DNA from: Antedon mediterranea
Taxonomy: Eukaryota > Animalia > Echinodermata
Assembly: GCF_964355755.1 (NCBI RefSeq)
Contig: NC_092672.1
Location: forward strand, 16,058,001-16,122,000
Length of the DNA stretch: 64,000 bases
Reading direction: 5' to 3'
Below are positions 25,874 to 38,675 of this stretch, piece by piece. Below the pieces are notes generated by a model that was given only the letters and a program-made list of their open reading frames with translations, was not told the origin of the DNA and did no database searches. Numbering within the stretch: the first letter of the stretch is position 1; each line of letters opens with the position of its first letter. Made by a program: the position numbers and the translations under genes.

Positions 25874-26573
25874 TTGACAACCGAAACAGTCAAAGAAATG
25901 AGGAGGAACAGTTAAATGAACTGAACAAAGAGAGCAAGAAGATTGGTTTGAAAATACACAAAGGAAAGACATGACAAACTTCCATAACGACGAATCCATA
26001 GAAATTGAAAATGATAGGATCGAACAAGTTGATAGCTACAAGTACCTGGGGCAAACAGTGAAAATGGCTGACAACACAAGAGACGAAATTCTCATCAGAA
26101 TTAAGGTGGGATGGAGCTGCTTTGGCAGATATAGAGAAATACTCTGCGACAAAAATCCCAATAGTCCACAGGAGAAGAGTTTTCAATCAGTGTGTGCTCC
26201 CTACAATGAATTATGGTTGCACAAAGAGCTATGGAAAGGCAGATGCTTGGAGTGACAATTAGGGACAAAATCAGAAACACATAGTAATAAGGAAATTGAC
26301 TAAAGTCAAAGATATAATGAACAAAATAAAAGAAGCAAAATGGCGTTGGGCAGGACACCTTGCAAGAAGGGATGACAACAGGTGGACAAAACGTATGACA
26401 GACTGGCAACCAAGAACCGGCACAAGAAAAAGAGGAAGGCAGAAACGGCGATGGAGGGACGACATTACAAAGTATGCAGGAGGCACCACGTGGGCGAGGA
26501 TAGCACAGAACAGATGGGATTGGCAGAAGCATGAGGAGGGCTACATCCGACAGGGGATGATACAGCTAAACTG
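25874..26573 (+). mobile_element. 5'-truncated RTE-clade LINE
   Basis: YKYLGQ, KWRWAGHLARRDDNRWT, GRQKRRWRDDI; perfect 11-bp TSD AAGCACCTAAT (25863-25873, 26574-26584). Confidence 0.92.
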
Positions 26574-27989
26574 AAGCACCTAATATTTTTTATGTTTTAT
26601 TATCTTCGTTTTTTTCTTATTTTAATAGACCACCTAACCAATAAGCCTCTACAAATATTCTGTTATGTTCTGCTTTCTTGTAAATTTGTGTAAATTTTTG
26701 TGTAAATAGTTTAAATAATGATAACTTGCCCCTACAGGCCCAAAGATAAATGTGCAATCAAATAATATTCATTTGGTCTATCCTGTTTTTTTTATTAATT
26801 AAATACAGTAGGTCTACATCGTAGTTTGTCCTTGCCTTAAGTGACGTGAGTTGATTTCGGAAACTTCCGGAAGCTCTCGGTTTTTTCCGGTTTATTATTC
26901 AGAGAGCATTTTACTCGTTAGCGAGCAGTACACAGTATAAATAATGTTTTCTGTTATGTACTTGTATTCATAATTCATTAATATTTTAAAGGTTTTTATT
27001 GAAGTTGTATTTTTAAAAGATAATTATGTAGTGAAGATAAGTGGTGGTGTGCGTGCGTAGTATTAATTAGGGGTAGCCTAGACATGATGTCCAGCTAAAA
27101 TTATACGCTGTGATAATAGGCCTAACTATATAAATAACTACACGATTACAGAACTATCTATCCACTTGGCACACTGATGTTTATTGATGGGCCGCACACG
27201 ATAGGCTATGTCACTTTCATCAATTTTCAAGGATAAACACTAAAAAAGGCAATAGCAGAAATTTGACGTCTTAACGACCGTGTTACGTCACTGTATAAAC
27301 TACGCAACCTCCTCTTTGTGTACCGCCATGGCCGGATTTACAGATACCATACCGGGCCGCTAAAACACCAGTCTTTAGTCAACCGATTGAAGTTAATTAC
27401 ACCCTATCGTTTGAACAGTAAGATTTGTGTAAATCATGGTATGGCTCAGTGAGTACGAAACCTCACACACACAAAAAAGAGCAAAATATAATAAACCATG
27501 AAATAAAAAAAATGCAAATGAACAAAAAAAAAACAAACAAAAAAAAACACAAATAAAACGAATCCAAAATGGATATATCAATATTAACGAAAAATACACA
27601 AAAAAGTAGAAGTTTGTGTCCGAGCGCATCATCAAATTTCGACTACTTTTTGTGTTGATTTATTCCAATACTTCATTCATGCACTTTCTGAGGCGCATTC
27701 TAGATTTTTATTTCACTTTTTATTTTTATTTCAATGTATCAAATAATTAATACACCACGAAAAACACCCAAAATAATATAGTTTGCCATTTTATACTTTC
27801 GTTATGTTATTGCGCGCATCATCGTATTCACACAGCACAATTTTTCTTTAGCAACTTCCATTTTTGTAAAGGGAAGGAATACTTGGTGTATAACAAAATC
27901 TATGGCTTTTTATGAGGGAAGAGTGCGCTTGTATGATACTTACTCATCCCATGCGAATTAGTATATAACCATATATTAAAGCCAACAAA

Positions 27990-28017
27990 AACCGTGCGGA
28001 GCAGGGGTTACGGCTAG
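27990..28017 (+). mobile_element. Helitron 3' terminus
   Basis: Imperfect GC-rich hairpin accgtgcggagcaggggt, then CTAG followed by T. Confidence 0.55.
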
Positions 28018-28944
28018 TATTATTATGTTACTATAAATGAAAGAAGTTGTTGCCTATTATTATTACCCCATTACTTATTTCCTTACTGAATTGACATAGT
28101 CGGTGACAGTGAGTGGTGCTTTCAACATTTGTATCACAATATTTCATGACAACAGCATCTTGGTAATTTTTGAATAAATATGATCAAATAACAACTTTCG
28201 TACTTATATCGGTCGTAGTAGACACAATTTATAACATTTTAAACAGAGTGTATTAAACACTTTACAACAATTACAAACATTAAAGGCTCATCATGTCACC
28301 TTATCCAAGTACCAGGCCTCCTATAGTAACATTGAATCACACCCAAATTTGATTAGGTGATTTAGCCCTGCATATACAATTAATATTAATATTGAATTTT
28401 GCCACCAACGGTCATTTTTGCGGGGAGTCACAGGACCCGGAAGCCAGTACATGAGTGTACAGCATGAATGTGTAAAAATAACCCTTACACGATGACGTCG
28501 CACATGTACCACCACCCCACTGGCTGATTATGACGTAATGCAATTTTACCATACCTTTAGCAAACAGAAGTTAGGATACGGTATCTTTGGCCACAGCGTT
28601 TATATATAGATGTGAGTTTTAAAAACAATCTAGAAACCATCATTTAAATAATATATTATAGATAAAGTAAATGTTAATTAATACAATAATAACAATTCTC
28701 TATTCATATGCCTTGATTAAACATACATTCAAAATAAATATAGACATTAGAAAATGTTGATTGGGTCATGCTACTGCTACTGCAAATACTAAAGTACTTA
28801 GCTTTTAATCAAAGAAAATATCAGAAATGGTGCCCATGGCATTCTAAAATGAATTGAACCATAACAATTTGCTATATTATTGTAACTATCATTTAATTTA
28901 TGGAAAGACTATTATTAAGATACAGTAGTGCTCTAAGTACTTAC

Positions 28945-29712
28945 CGCATAGATTCCACCAACAGAAGATGCAGGTGAAGCTGGTACAAAGCAATCAACAG
29001 CAAGTTGTCCTGGAATATCAAGTCCAATTTCTCCTTCCTCCTCTTCACCATCTATTATTTCATCACCATTATCTTTACTTAGCCTATCATTATGATCACC
29101 ATCTTGACTTTGTTGTGAAGTACCTAGCATCAGGACTTTAATTACAGAATCTTTAGAAGGAACTTCTTCTTCTTCTTCTTCTTCTTCTTCTCTGACCTTT
29201 GACATTCGCTTCTGGCTATAATCAAAAGATTTGGTGTTCATATCTCCAAATCCTTCATCACTTTCATGTGGTGATCCAATACTTCCACATTCACCCCTAT
29301 CAGAAAAGTCACTCATACTTCTGCCTCTTTCAGTTTCAAGTGTTTCTTGCCTTCGACATCTAATAACTACATAGTCTTCCTTCTTAGCAAATTCTCGTAA
29401 TCTCTCAGTCTCTTGTGGATCATCAATTGGGAGTGTAGAACCATCTACAATTTCTTCATTGACCTCCTCTATCTCAAATACTTCACTGTCAAGACTTGGT
29501 TCACGACCTGTTAACGGAATCTGATAATCAGAGCTGTTTTCCGAAGACAACTTCGCTAATTGGTTGTCCTTATCCCTCTGCTTAATAATTGCTTCAACTG
29601 CCATCCATTTTGACATGATCTCTTCATAAGTAACCCTAACATCTTCATCAGCTGCATCCCTTTGTTCTTCTGTCCAACCGTATTGATAATGTTCAAGTAA
29701 ATATGGCCAAAC
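28945..29712 (-). CDS. SGSM: SGSM large exon: TBC motif A followed by acidic low-complexity insert
   Basis: VWPYLLEHYQYGWTEEQR...SKWMAVEAIIKQRDK...SPASSVGGIYA; tatcag / GTAAGT; 768 bp open frame. Confidence 0.93.
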
Positions 29713-29952
29713 CTGATAAACAAATGGAATATAAAATACATAAATAAAATAATTGTATAGTAATATAATATTTAATATCTTAATAATAAATATATACTCA
29801 CAATTTAAAATCCAAATTATTTCAAGTAAATAAAATATTTACATTTCAAGCAATGAAATACTGTACATGCCATCATGATGGGACTATAATAATACACAGC
29901 ATGTTCTTACAGTACTATTCAAACCAATTCCTTCTGTTTGCATAAAACTTAC

Positions 29953-30021
29953 CTGACTTCTAATCTCATGCTGAACACCACCAAAGTAAACTAAACGCAT
30001 GACTTCTTCTGAATCTAAAAG
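29953..30021 (-). CDS. SGSM: SGSM internal exon, start of TBC domain
   Basis: LLDSEEVMRLVYFGGVQHEIRSQ; tttcag / GTAAGT; 69 bp, phase 0 to 0. Confidence 0.93.
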
Positions 30022-30079
30022 CTGAAAGCAAAACAATAAAAAAAAATTGTTAAATGAACATAATTATATGACTATAAAC

Positions 30080-30298
30080 AGATGCAAGAAGGTAAACAAT
30101 ATAGATTAAAACTTTTTAGAAATAATAATAATTAATATGACTATAAATGCCGTGATTAGTTTACCATTGCATATTCTATACTGATTTATGTTGCTTCATG
30201 TTGTAGTTTTCACATAGCCTATTGCGAGAATAAATTAAGAGGCTTCAGTCGAGACACTTGCATAAAATTACGAATCTCCAGTGTTTTCATTTGTGACA
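30080..30298 (+). repeat. BEL LTR copy 1 (5'-truncated)
   Basis: Matches the 3' two-thirds of the other LTRs, ends TGACA. Confidence 0.88.
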
Positions 30299-30755
30299 TT
30301 GACAGGTGATATTGTTATAATGAAGGATGACAATCTTTCACAAAACCAATGGAGGCTCGCTAGTGCTGATGAAGTATTTCCAAATGAAGACGGTCATGTT
30401 AGGAAAGTAAAATTGCTTGTGGAGACCCACATTTGGATAACCAGGGAAAAAGATTGACGGTGAAAAGGTTCATAGAAAGATCCATTCAGAAGTCAGTCTT
30501 GCTTATGAGTGACACGGACAACAGGGATATCCCTGTCTAGGAGCTATAAGTTAATTGTTCAAAGAGGTGCTACTAATGACTGAAATCAATTAAACAGTTA
30601 GTCAGTATTTGATTATGGAATGATTTTATTGTTGAATAAATTTGTTTTCAACGAAGTTTATATAATTATAAAATAATATTATGGTAGACATCTCAACTAC
30701 AGGTCTTGCTGCACTATAATTCCGTTTAAATTAGGTAACCTAATTTAGGGAGCCA

Positions 30756-31085
30756 TGTAAATGCAGTCTTAGTCTATGCGAGCGCCCTATTTATATAGGT
30801 TAGGTTTCAGGAGACATGTAAATGAGACAGTTGCTGACAACAACTGATGCGAAAAGATTTAGAGATGGAAGGAAGTAAACAATATAGATTAAAACTTCTT
30901 AGAAATAATAATAATTAATATGACTATTGTATAATGCCGTGATTAGTTTACCATTGCATATTCTATACTGGTTTATATTGCTTCATGTTGTAGTTTTCAC
31001 GTAGCCTATTGCGAGAATAAATCAAGAGGCTTCAGTCGAGACACTTGCATAAAATTACGAATCTCCAGTGTTTTCATTTCTGACA
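30756..31085 (+). repeat. BEL LTR copy 2 (complete, 330 bp)
   Basis: TGT...ACA, preceded by PPT, followed by internal region starting GTGAAAA. Confidence 0.9.
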
Positions 31086-32674
31086 GTGAAAACTCCTGTC
31101 TATTTATTGAGAATTCTTGCGTGCGTCAACTAATCAGAAATGATAGTACAAGGAGAGGATGCTTGTTGATACACTACCAGACGATAAGCAAACAATTGAG
31201 ACCTGTAGACTTGCCTAGGCCTGCAGTGCACTTGTATACAGCAAGGGGCAACATGGATGACCATCGCTGCTACTACTAGTGCGAACCTGAGACGTTTCCA
31301 GGGAAACAAATCGAACGGACATGCGATACTCTACTGTGGTAGAGTTTGTGGGTTACATAGAGTAATAAACTATACACCATACTGCGAAATACTGTATTTA
31401 ACATTTTGGACACTGTGTGTACGTTTCTAAATAGGGTGTTCCATAAGCTGCTATGCTATGCATGCATTCATAACTGAAACGGCGCTGTTTCATTCAGGTA
31501 TCCTTTGCTAGTTGATCACTTACGATTATTTTAGGCACTGCATATGCGAATTAATCTACCTTAAAGAAAATTTTAGACTATATATGCTGAATTAATTGAG
31601 AACAACACTTGTATGATATTCCATACAATCTGACATTGCAACAATCAAACTCGAAAGAGACACTTTAGAAGAAGCAATGAACTACCTGACTGAGACGCTC
31701 ACAACACCTACAGTCAATCAAATTTTAAAATATGAAAGAGCTGAAGAAGATAATCATGAATTAGTAAAAAAAAATCTTGTTATCGTATTATGTTGATAGA
31801 GTATGAACATTCCGAAAAAGTTCAAACTCGTCATTCAAAAGTCATCGTACTCACACACACCACCTCCATCTCAAGAAAATCTAGACAAAGCAAGAAAATG
31901 TCTGCCTACATGCTAGCTACAGTTCGAGCCAAATCAGAAGAAGCAAATAGAGAAGCTAAAGGAGCAGAGTAAGTGCTAAAAGTAGCAATGCTCGAGAAAG
32001 AGTTATTGAACAAAGAGTTAATGGATGCTGAGGCAACGCTCATAGAAGGAATTAATAACCTGGAGCGACCAGAACACATAACTAATATAGGACTCGAAAC
32101 AGATAGACAATCTTATGTTGAAGAATACATGTCTGCCGACGCAGTTTTCAACACTTCCTACGCAGGTGCAAACTAATATTAATAACTCTAGCTTATCATT
32201 CCAGATAAAGGGTCACACAAGCCATGTAACCGAACCCCAGAAGGAGATATTAACATTTGTATTTGCAGCCAAACACTCAACATAAGCAGACTCCCACCAC
32301 CAAAACCTGAAGTATTTACTGGAGATCCTCTTAAATACCCTAATTGGAAAAGCGCCTTTAAAACGCTTATCGAGAAAAGAGGCATCCCTCCAGCTGAAGA
32401 ACTACATTATCTGAAGAAATACGTCGGTGGATCTGCCAGACAAGCCTTGGAAGGTTACTATTACTTGATAACAGACGACGCATTTGTGAAAGCTAAACAG
32501 ACGTTAGAAAAGAGATATGGTGACCCCTTTGTAATAGAAAATGCATTTCGCAATAAGTTAGATTCTACGGTAGCATCTAGCATCTATAGGCGGATTATCT
32601 CTACGAGACTTAGCAGACAACATTGGCCATCTCGAAAAGAAAACCGTAAAATACTAGCTAAATTACCAGATTGA

Positions 32675-33330
32675 AAGGGTCCTCACTCAACAGTGGATTA
32701 CTTTAGGTATTCATTCTTTCCACGCACTGCCATCGACTGGAATCATCTACCAGATAAGGTTGTAAATTGTACTTCCATTCTGGAATTCAAAACCATATTG
32801 TCCAAACTTAATTAATAGGGTACCCCCTGTCACAACTTACCCTCTGGGGGTCTCTGTCTTGGTGACAGCTCGCTGGGCACCTGGATGGCTGAGGCGGGGT
32901 AAATGGGTATCCGGCTACTTTATTCTGCCTCCTAGGTAGCGACCCAGGAAAGTGATAGCGGTTGGCACGGACGGTAGACTTCCATAGTGTTTGATGTTGG
33001 GTACAGTTTACTTTATTTTACCTTTTACTTAAGATGTCTAAATACAATTATATAAAGGATAGATTAAATAATAATATATACTTGTACTAACATGTATATA
33101 TATTTATATAAGTCAAAAAAAAAAAAGAAAAAGAGAGAAAATGGAAAAGGAAGAAGGGAGGAAGAAAAAAAGAAGGAAAGGAGAAGAAAAGAAAAATAAA
33201 AGAAAAAAAAAATATAATAATAATAAACAAATAAGAGAGTCAGTTTCTCTCTGTAAAAGAATAAATAAATAGAATAATACCACACAACCAAATACTGTAG
33301 AGTTAGCAAAATAGCAAAACAGAGTTAGAG
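32675..33330 (+). mobile_element. CR1-group LINE 3' end inserted in BEL gag
   Basis: DYFRYSFFPRTAIDWNHLPDKVV...FK ORF2 terminus, GC-rich 3' UTR, then A-rich tract; boundaries approximate. Confidence 0.75.
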
Positions 33331-36300
33331 GAGCAGAGTCTTCACATCTGAAGTTGACTCCAAATACGAAAAAGAAGAAGAAGAAGAAGTAAATCAGCTC
33401 CTAAAGTCGTAAATTCTATGGCTACAGGTGTGACAGAATACTCTAGAGGCTGTATCAAATGCGAAAAGGCACACCAGTTAGACACGTGCCATACGTTCTT
33501 GTCAATGTCCATGGAAGATAGAAAAGACGTCATAAAGAAAAAGGCTTGTGCTTTGGTTACTTACAGCGAGGGCATGACCTCTCAAATTAGAGAATCTCGT
33601 ATGAATATCCATATATTGGTGCAGTTTCTTCACCCGGATGCACGAACTTCGACCTTAAGAAAAACGCCGAATCGCTGAATACGGCCAGGCCGCAGCAAAT
33701 TAGGTTTGACGAAACTTTTATGTTGGCAACGGACTTATGTCCGTACCTATGGTGACTGTGACAAACGCAAGGACTGTGCGCAAGTGGTGGATTGCACCTT
33801 CACAAATTTGCATCTAACTCCAGTGCAGTATTTGATAGTGTTACAGTTGAAGATCGGGCCAAAGACCTGATCAATTTTATCTTAGCCACGATGCCCTACC
33901 TATAGAACGAACGCTAGGTATACAATGGTGCATTGAGTAAGACACTTTGCAGTTTCACATAATGATGAAAGATCAACTGCTGACAAGACGAGACGTGCTT
34001 TCTACACTATGCTCTGTGTATGATCCACTTGGGTGTTTCGAACCAACACTCTTAGTGGGAAAACAAATCTTACAGAGCTTATGCAAAGAACAGGCTGGAT
34101 GGGAAGACACACCAGATAAAATTAGATCACAGTGGGAACATAGGAGACTCGATCTACATTACCTGGAAAAGCTTAAAGTCTGGTGATGTTATAAACCAGA
34201 TAACTTCGGACAGTTGGAGTCAATTGAATTTCTCCGATCGCAGCACAATTGGTTACGCCCAATGTACGTACCTACGTCTCCAGGACGAAGAAAACAATCA
34301 ATTTTTCTCACAGGTAAAGCGAGAGTTTGTCCCTTAAAACAAATACCTGTATAAATACCTTGTTTAGAACTTAACGCAGCGGTTGTTTCTGTAAAGATCA
34401 GTTCCCTGCAAAGAAAAGAATTGGAGTATACCGGTTATACCAAACATTCTGGACAGATAGCACGGTCATGCTTGGATACATCGCAAACGATGCACGTAGA
34501 TTCCATGTATTTGTGGCGAATCGGATTCTGAAAATTAGAGATAATTCCTCACCCAGTCAGTGGAAGCATGTGACCACAGAAGAGAATCCAGCAGACTGTG
34601 GATCGCGAGGAATCAGTGCTGAGGATTTGGTGAACAGATCTAACTCGACCCACTTTCTTATGGGAAAGCGACATAACACACACGTCAGAGGCGACGATAG
34701 GAGTGTCATCAGATGACCCAGAAGTAAAGAAAGTGGATCCAGATTTGAATTCCAGCGTCTAGAGCATCTTTCAGATTGGCACCGCACTAAAACAGCAATA
34801 GCTACATGTTTAAAACTCAAATCAATACTTAGAAAATCCCCTACAACTAACCGCAAAATTGTTGTCGGTGATCTCGAAGTAGCCGAAAAAACTATCATCT
34901 GCTTGCTACAGAGTGAAGTCTTTGAAGAAGAAAGGCAAGCTTTGCAGTCCCTGAGCATCAAAGATAGAGAAGCGAATCGAGCCACAGCCAAGAAATATAA
35001 AACAGCTCTAAAGTCGTCTGTACAAGCTAGATCCATTTATCGATGCTGATGGCATTTTAAGATTAGGAGGGCGTATTAGGAGAAGTAACTTCTCTTACAA
35101 CTTCAAGCACCCAATTATTCTTCCACGCAAACACCACATAACAGACTTGATTTTTCGATACTGCCACCTTCAAGTAGAACATCAAGGTTGCGGTATTACT
35201 TTAAACCAACTAAGACCCACAGGATTCTGGGTGATCGGATGCTCATCTGCAGTGGCGCAATTTATTTTCAGATGTACTACATGTAGGAAGCTCTACGGAA
35301 AGGTCAGGGAGCCGAAAATAGCCGACCTTTCAAATGAAAAACTTCAACTATACACATCGAAACCGCACAATCTCATTATCCACCGACTCTTTTATCAACG
35401 CTCTTCGAAGATTTATCTCTATTCGGGGAATTTCGTGGGAATTTACACAGAACTAGATGAAGCTTTGAAAGGTATCAACATTTCTACTGAAGGAAGGATG
35501 TGACAGCTTCGAGTTCAAGATGAATGCATCTTCCACCAGTCACGCAGGAGCGTTTGGGAACGTCAGATACACTCAGTGCGCAGAGTACTTGCATCATTAA
35601 TAAAACAGGCCACCTAGTTAAATGATGAATAACTCAGAGCAATAATGTACAAGGCAGCCGCTATGGTAAATGGGCACCCACTAACAGTCGAACAAATGTC
35701 TTTGGAACCACTCACTCCTAATCACCTGACTCTCAAGTCAAAGGTGATATTACCACCACCTGGTGTCTTTACTGCTACAGATATTCACGGAAACAGTGGC
35801 GAAGAGTCCAGCAGTTCGCAAACAAGTTTTGGAGTCGTTTGAGAAAGGAATTTCTACAGAACTTACAACCTAGACAAAATTGGGTTTGTAAATTTTCTGA
35901 GTTCAAGATAGGTGATATTGTTATAATGAAGGATGACAATCTTTCACAAAACCAATGGAGGCTCGCTCGTGTTGATAAAGTATTTCCAAATGAAGACGGT
36001 CATGTTAGAAAAGTAAAATTGCTTGTGGAGACCCACATTTGGATAACCAGGGAAAGAGATTGACTGTGAAAAGGTTCATAGAAAGATCCATTCAGAAGCC
36101 AGTCTTGCTTATGAGTGACACGGACAACAGGGATATCCCCGTCAAGGAGCCATAAGTTAATTGTTGAAAGAGGTGCTACTAATGACTGAAATCAATTAAA
36201 CAGTTAGTCAGTATTTGATTATGGAATGATTTTATTGTTGAATAAATTTGTTTTTAACCAAGTTTATATAATTATAAAATAATATTATGGTAGACATCTC

Positions 36301-36361
36301 ATTTACAGGTCTTGCTCCACTATAATTCCGTTTAAATTAGGTAACCTAATTTAGGGAGCCA

Positions 36362-36653
36362 TGTAGGTTAGGTTTCAGAAGACATGTAAATGAGACAGTT
36401 GCTGACAACACCTGATGCGAAAAGATTTAGAGATGCAAGGAAGTAAACAATATAGATTAAAACTTCTTAGAAATAATAATAATTAATATGACTTTTGTAT
36501 AATGCCGTGATTAGTTTACCATTGCATATTCTATACTGATTTATGTTGCTTCATGTTGTAGTTTTCACGTAGCCTATTGCGAGAATAAATTAAGAGGCTT
36601 CAGTCGAGACCCTTGCATAAAATTACAAATTTCCAGTGTTTTCATTTCTGACA
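36362..36653 (+). repeat. BEL LTR copy 3 (292 bp)
   Basis: TGT...ACA after PPT; lacks 38 bp present in copy 2. Confidence 0.9.
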
Positions 36654-36699
36654 CAATGAAAGCTCATTACAAATAATAACAAATATAAAATATAATTAC

Positions 36700-36836
36700 C
36701 ATTCCAGAACTATTAAGTTCTCGCCATTTTTCAAATGTAAGTCCACAATCAGCACCATTGCTTTGTATTATCACAGAATTTACCAAACCAGACAAATGGG
36801 TACGTACAGTTTGTAAATGCCGGCAATGCGCAATCC
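36700..36836 (-). CDS. SGSM: SGSM internal exon
   Basis: WIAHCRHLQTVRTHLSGLVNSVIIQSNGADCGLTFEKWRELNSSGM; ataag / GTAATT; 137 bp. Confidence 0.93.
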
Positions 36837-37306
36837 CTTATAAATAATATAATTAGGTTTAAATAAAATGAAATCATGTATTAAACATATAGTGTATATG
36901 TTCTGTTAGATTTAATAAATTACAACATATTGAAAAATATAAGGCTTTTTATACCTAGGTTGACATTTGACAAGGCAGTCAAACACTTGCTGTATATGGT
37001 ACTGTGACATACTTACAAAGTATAGTTACAGTTAAGTTAAATTTAAAGGCGTAAGCTCATTACGGAAGTCCAGAGTAACAATGAATTGGATATAATTTTT
37101 TACTCAAAAAAGCAACTTCAATAATTGTTTTTATATATTTTCTTCCACCCATATTCAAAGTTGTGATAAAATCAATATTAAGTGGTTTGGAAGAGGTTTG
37201 TGCAAGAATTTTAGGGATTTGTGCAATTTTGAAATACCCAAGGCATTATATAACTAATAATAGTAAATCAAAAATAATAATAATTATGTCCTATTTCTGT
37301 ACTTAC

Positions 37307-37371
37307 ATCCATAAAAAGCTCGAGATATTATTTGTTTCTTCATTGTGTCACATAACAACCTGATAGAGGAT
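37307..37371 (-). CDS. SGSM: SGSM internal exon
   Basis: RSSIRLLCDTMKKQIISRAFYG(W), conserved SGSM motif; cttag / GTAAGT; 65 bp, absent from ORF track. Confidence 0.95.
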
Positions 37372-37718
37372 CTAAGATCAAATGTTGAGTCGGTATATAT
37401 ATATATATACTCTAGTTTATTTCACTACACAACAAGTGAATGGGATTTTGGTATAGTATAGGTTTGTTCGGTTTTCCAGCTTGATATTGACACCCCCGGT
37501 GTGTTAAACCCCCGGAGTGTCTCCTGAGTTTTGCTAGTTGATGTGAAAGGGGTAAAAAGGAAGGAAGCCTAAAGCTTAGTGAGGACATATGACAAAAACA
37601 AGACAGCACTAGCAGGTCTTAACTTTTGTATTTAAAAAACTCAAATTACTTTATATAATTGTGCTGTCTCACTTTCTATATCTGTTTAATTGAAAAATAA
37701 TTCCTAATAAGACCATAC

Positions 37719-37914
37719 CGAGAATGTGATGCCAACATATGCATACTGTCTACATTGCCTGGTAGATAGGTACTAGTTGGACTTGTAGGTGAATATGTAT
37801 AGAGCTCTGGTTGTCTTATCAGACGATGCCTTATTGTGGATGCTGGTTCTTTTTGAATCCATGGAAGTGTCATCATTCCTTTTGTTTTCTTTGGGTCCAA
37901 GGCCTCTTCTGGAA
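37719..37914 (-). CDS. SGSM: SGSM internal exon (poorly conserved linker)
   Basis: Acceptor ttttag; G from previous exon + TT gives EF-V-PEEALDPKK...ASHSR; donor GTATGG; phases fit both neighbours. Confidence 0.8.
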
Positions 37915-38675
37915 CTAAAACAAATTTGTTCTAAGATATTACATTTGTTCTAGGATTATATCAGCATAATAATTCAGATAATCATAGTTCAGAGGAGCTT
38001 TCTATTGTTCTTCCCATACGCGACTGAAAACCCTGTCTTGCAGTGAAGCGTCTAGGGGCTGAAATTCCATTTTTTTCCAAAATTGATTTTTCCGTATGCC
38101 TCAAATACACATCGTGTGACCGCAGAACAAAATACAGTAGTAATATCTAACTACAGTACACTATCTTTGCTTTAATTATCGTAAAAATAGTACAGTACTT
38201 CCCCACACGAACGTCATTATTTCGATCATGAGCATGAGGGATCAGAGGAGCCAAATAACAACCTTAACTTAGGCCTAACGCCTAAAGAACCACCTATTCA
38301 CCTAAATAAACCCAGCCTAACACACTCCTGATTATCCATTCCTCGTTTCTATATGGGGGCGATGAAGTCTTACGGCCTAGCATTTTCCATGAACACATGG
38401 CACAATGTTGTTGATGTAAAAGTGAACTGTTCCATTTTGGAATAGGGTTTTCTAACAATAAACGTTGTATACATACTGTAAATTTAGGCAGTTAAAAAAC
38501 ATATTTTAACATGGTCGAAAACGTAGGAAAATAAAAATAAATAATTTGTAAGTTTAACCACATTTTTGTTATTTTCAAGTTAATTTGATTTATTTGATTG
38601 AAATAGTAAAGTACATGTAACAATAAACCACCACAACGTTTATATTTTTTTGTAATTATTAATTAATACAATTAA

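Larger units (their letters stand above)
30080..36653 (+). mobile_element. Decayed BEL/Pao LTR retrotransposon, three-LTR tandem arrangement
   Basis: Gag (RLPPPKPEVFTGDPLKYPNW), Cys/His knuckle, degenerate RT (FYVGN in place of FYVDD), TRRDVLS..YDPLG, WTDSTVMLGYI, ENPADCGSRG, integrase C-terminal GDIVIMKDD...WRLARV; PPT ttagggagcca. Confidence 0.92.

Noticed and set aside
28572-28597. GATACGGTATCTTTG as a P-type element end
   Set aside because: No matching opposite end or TSD found.
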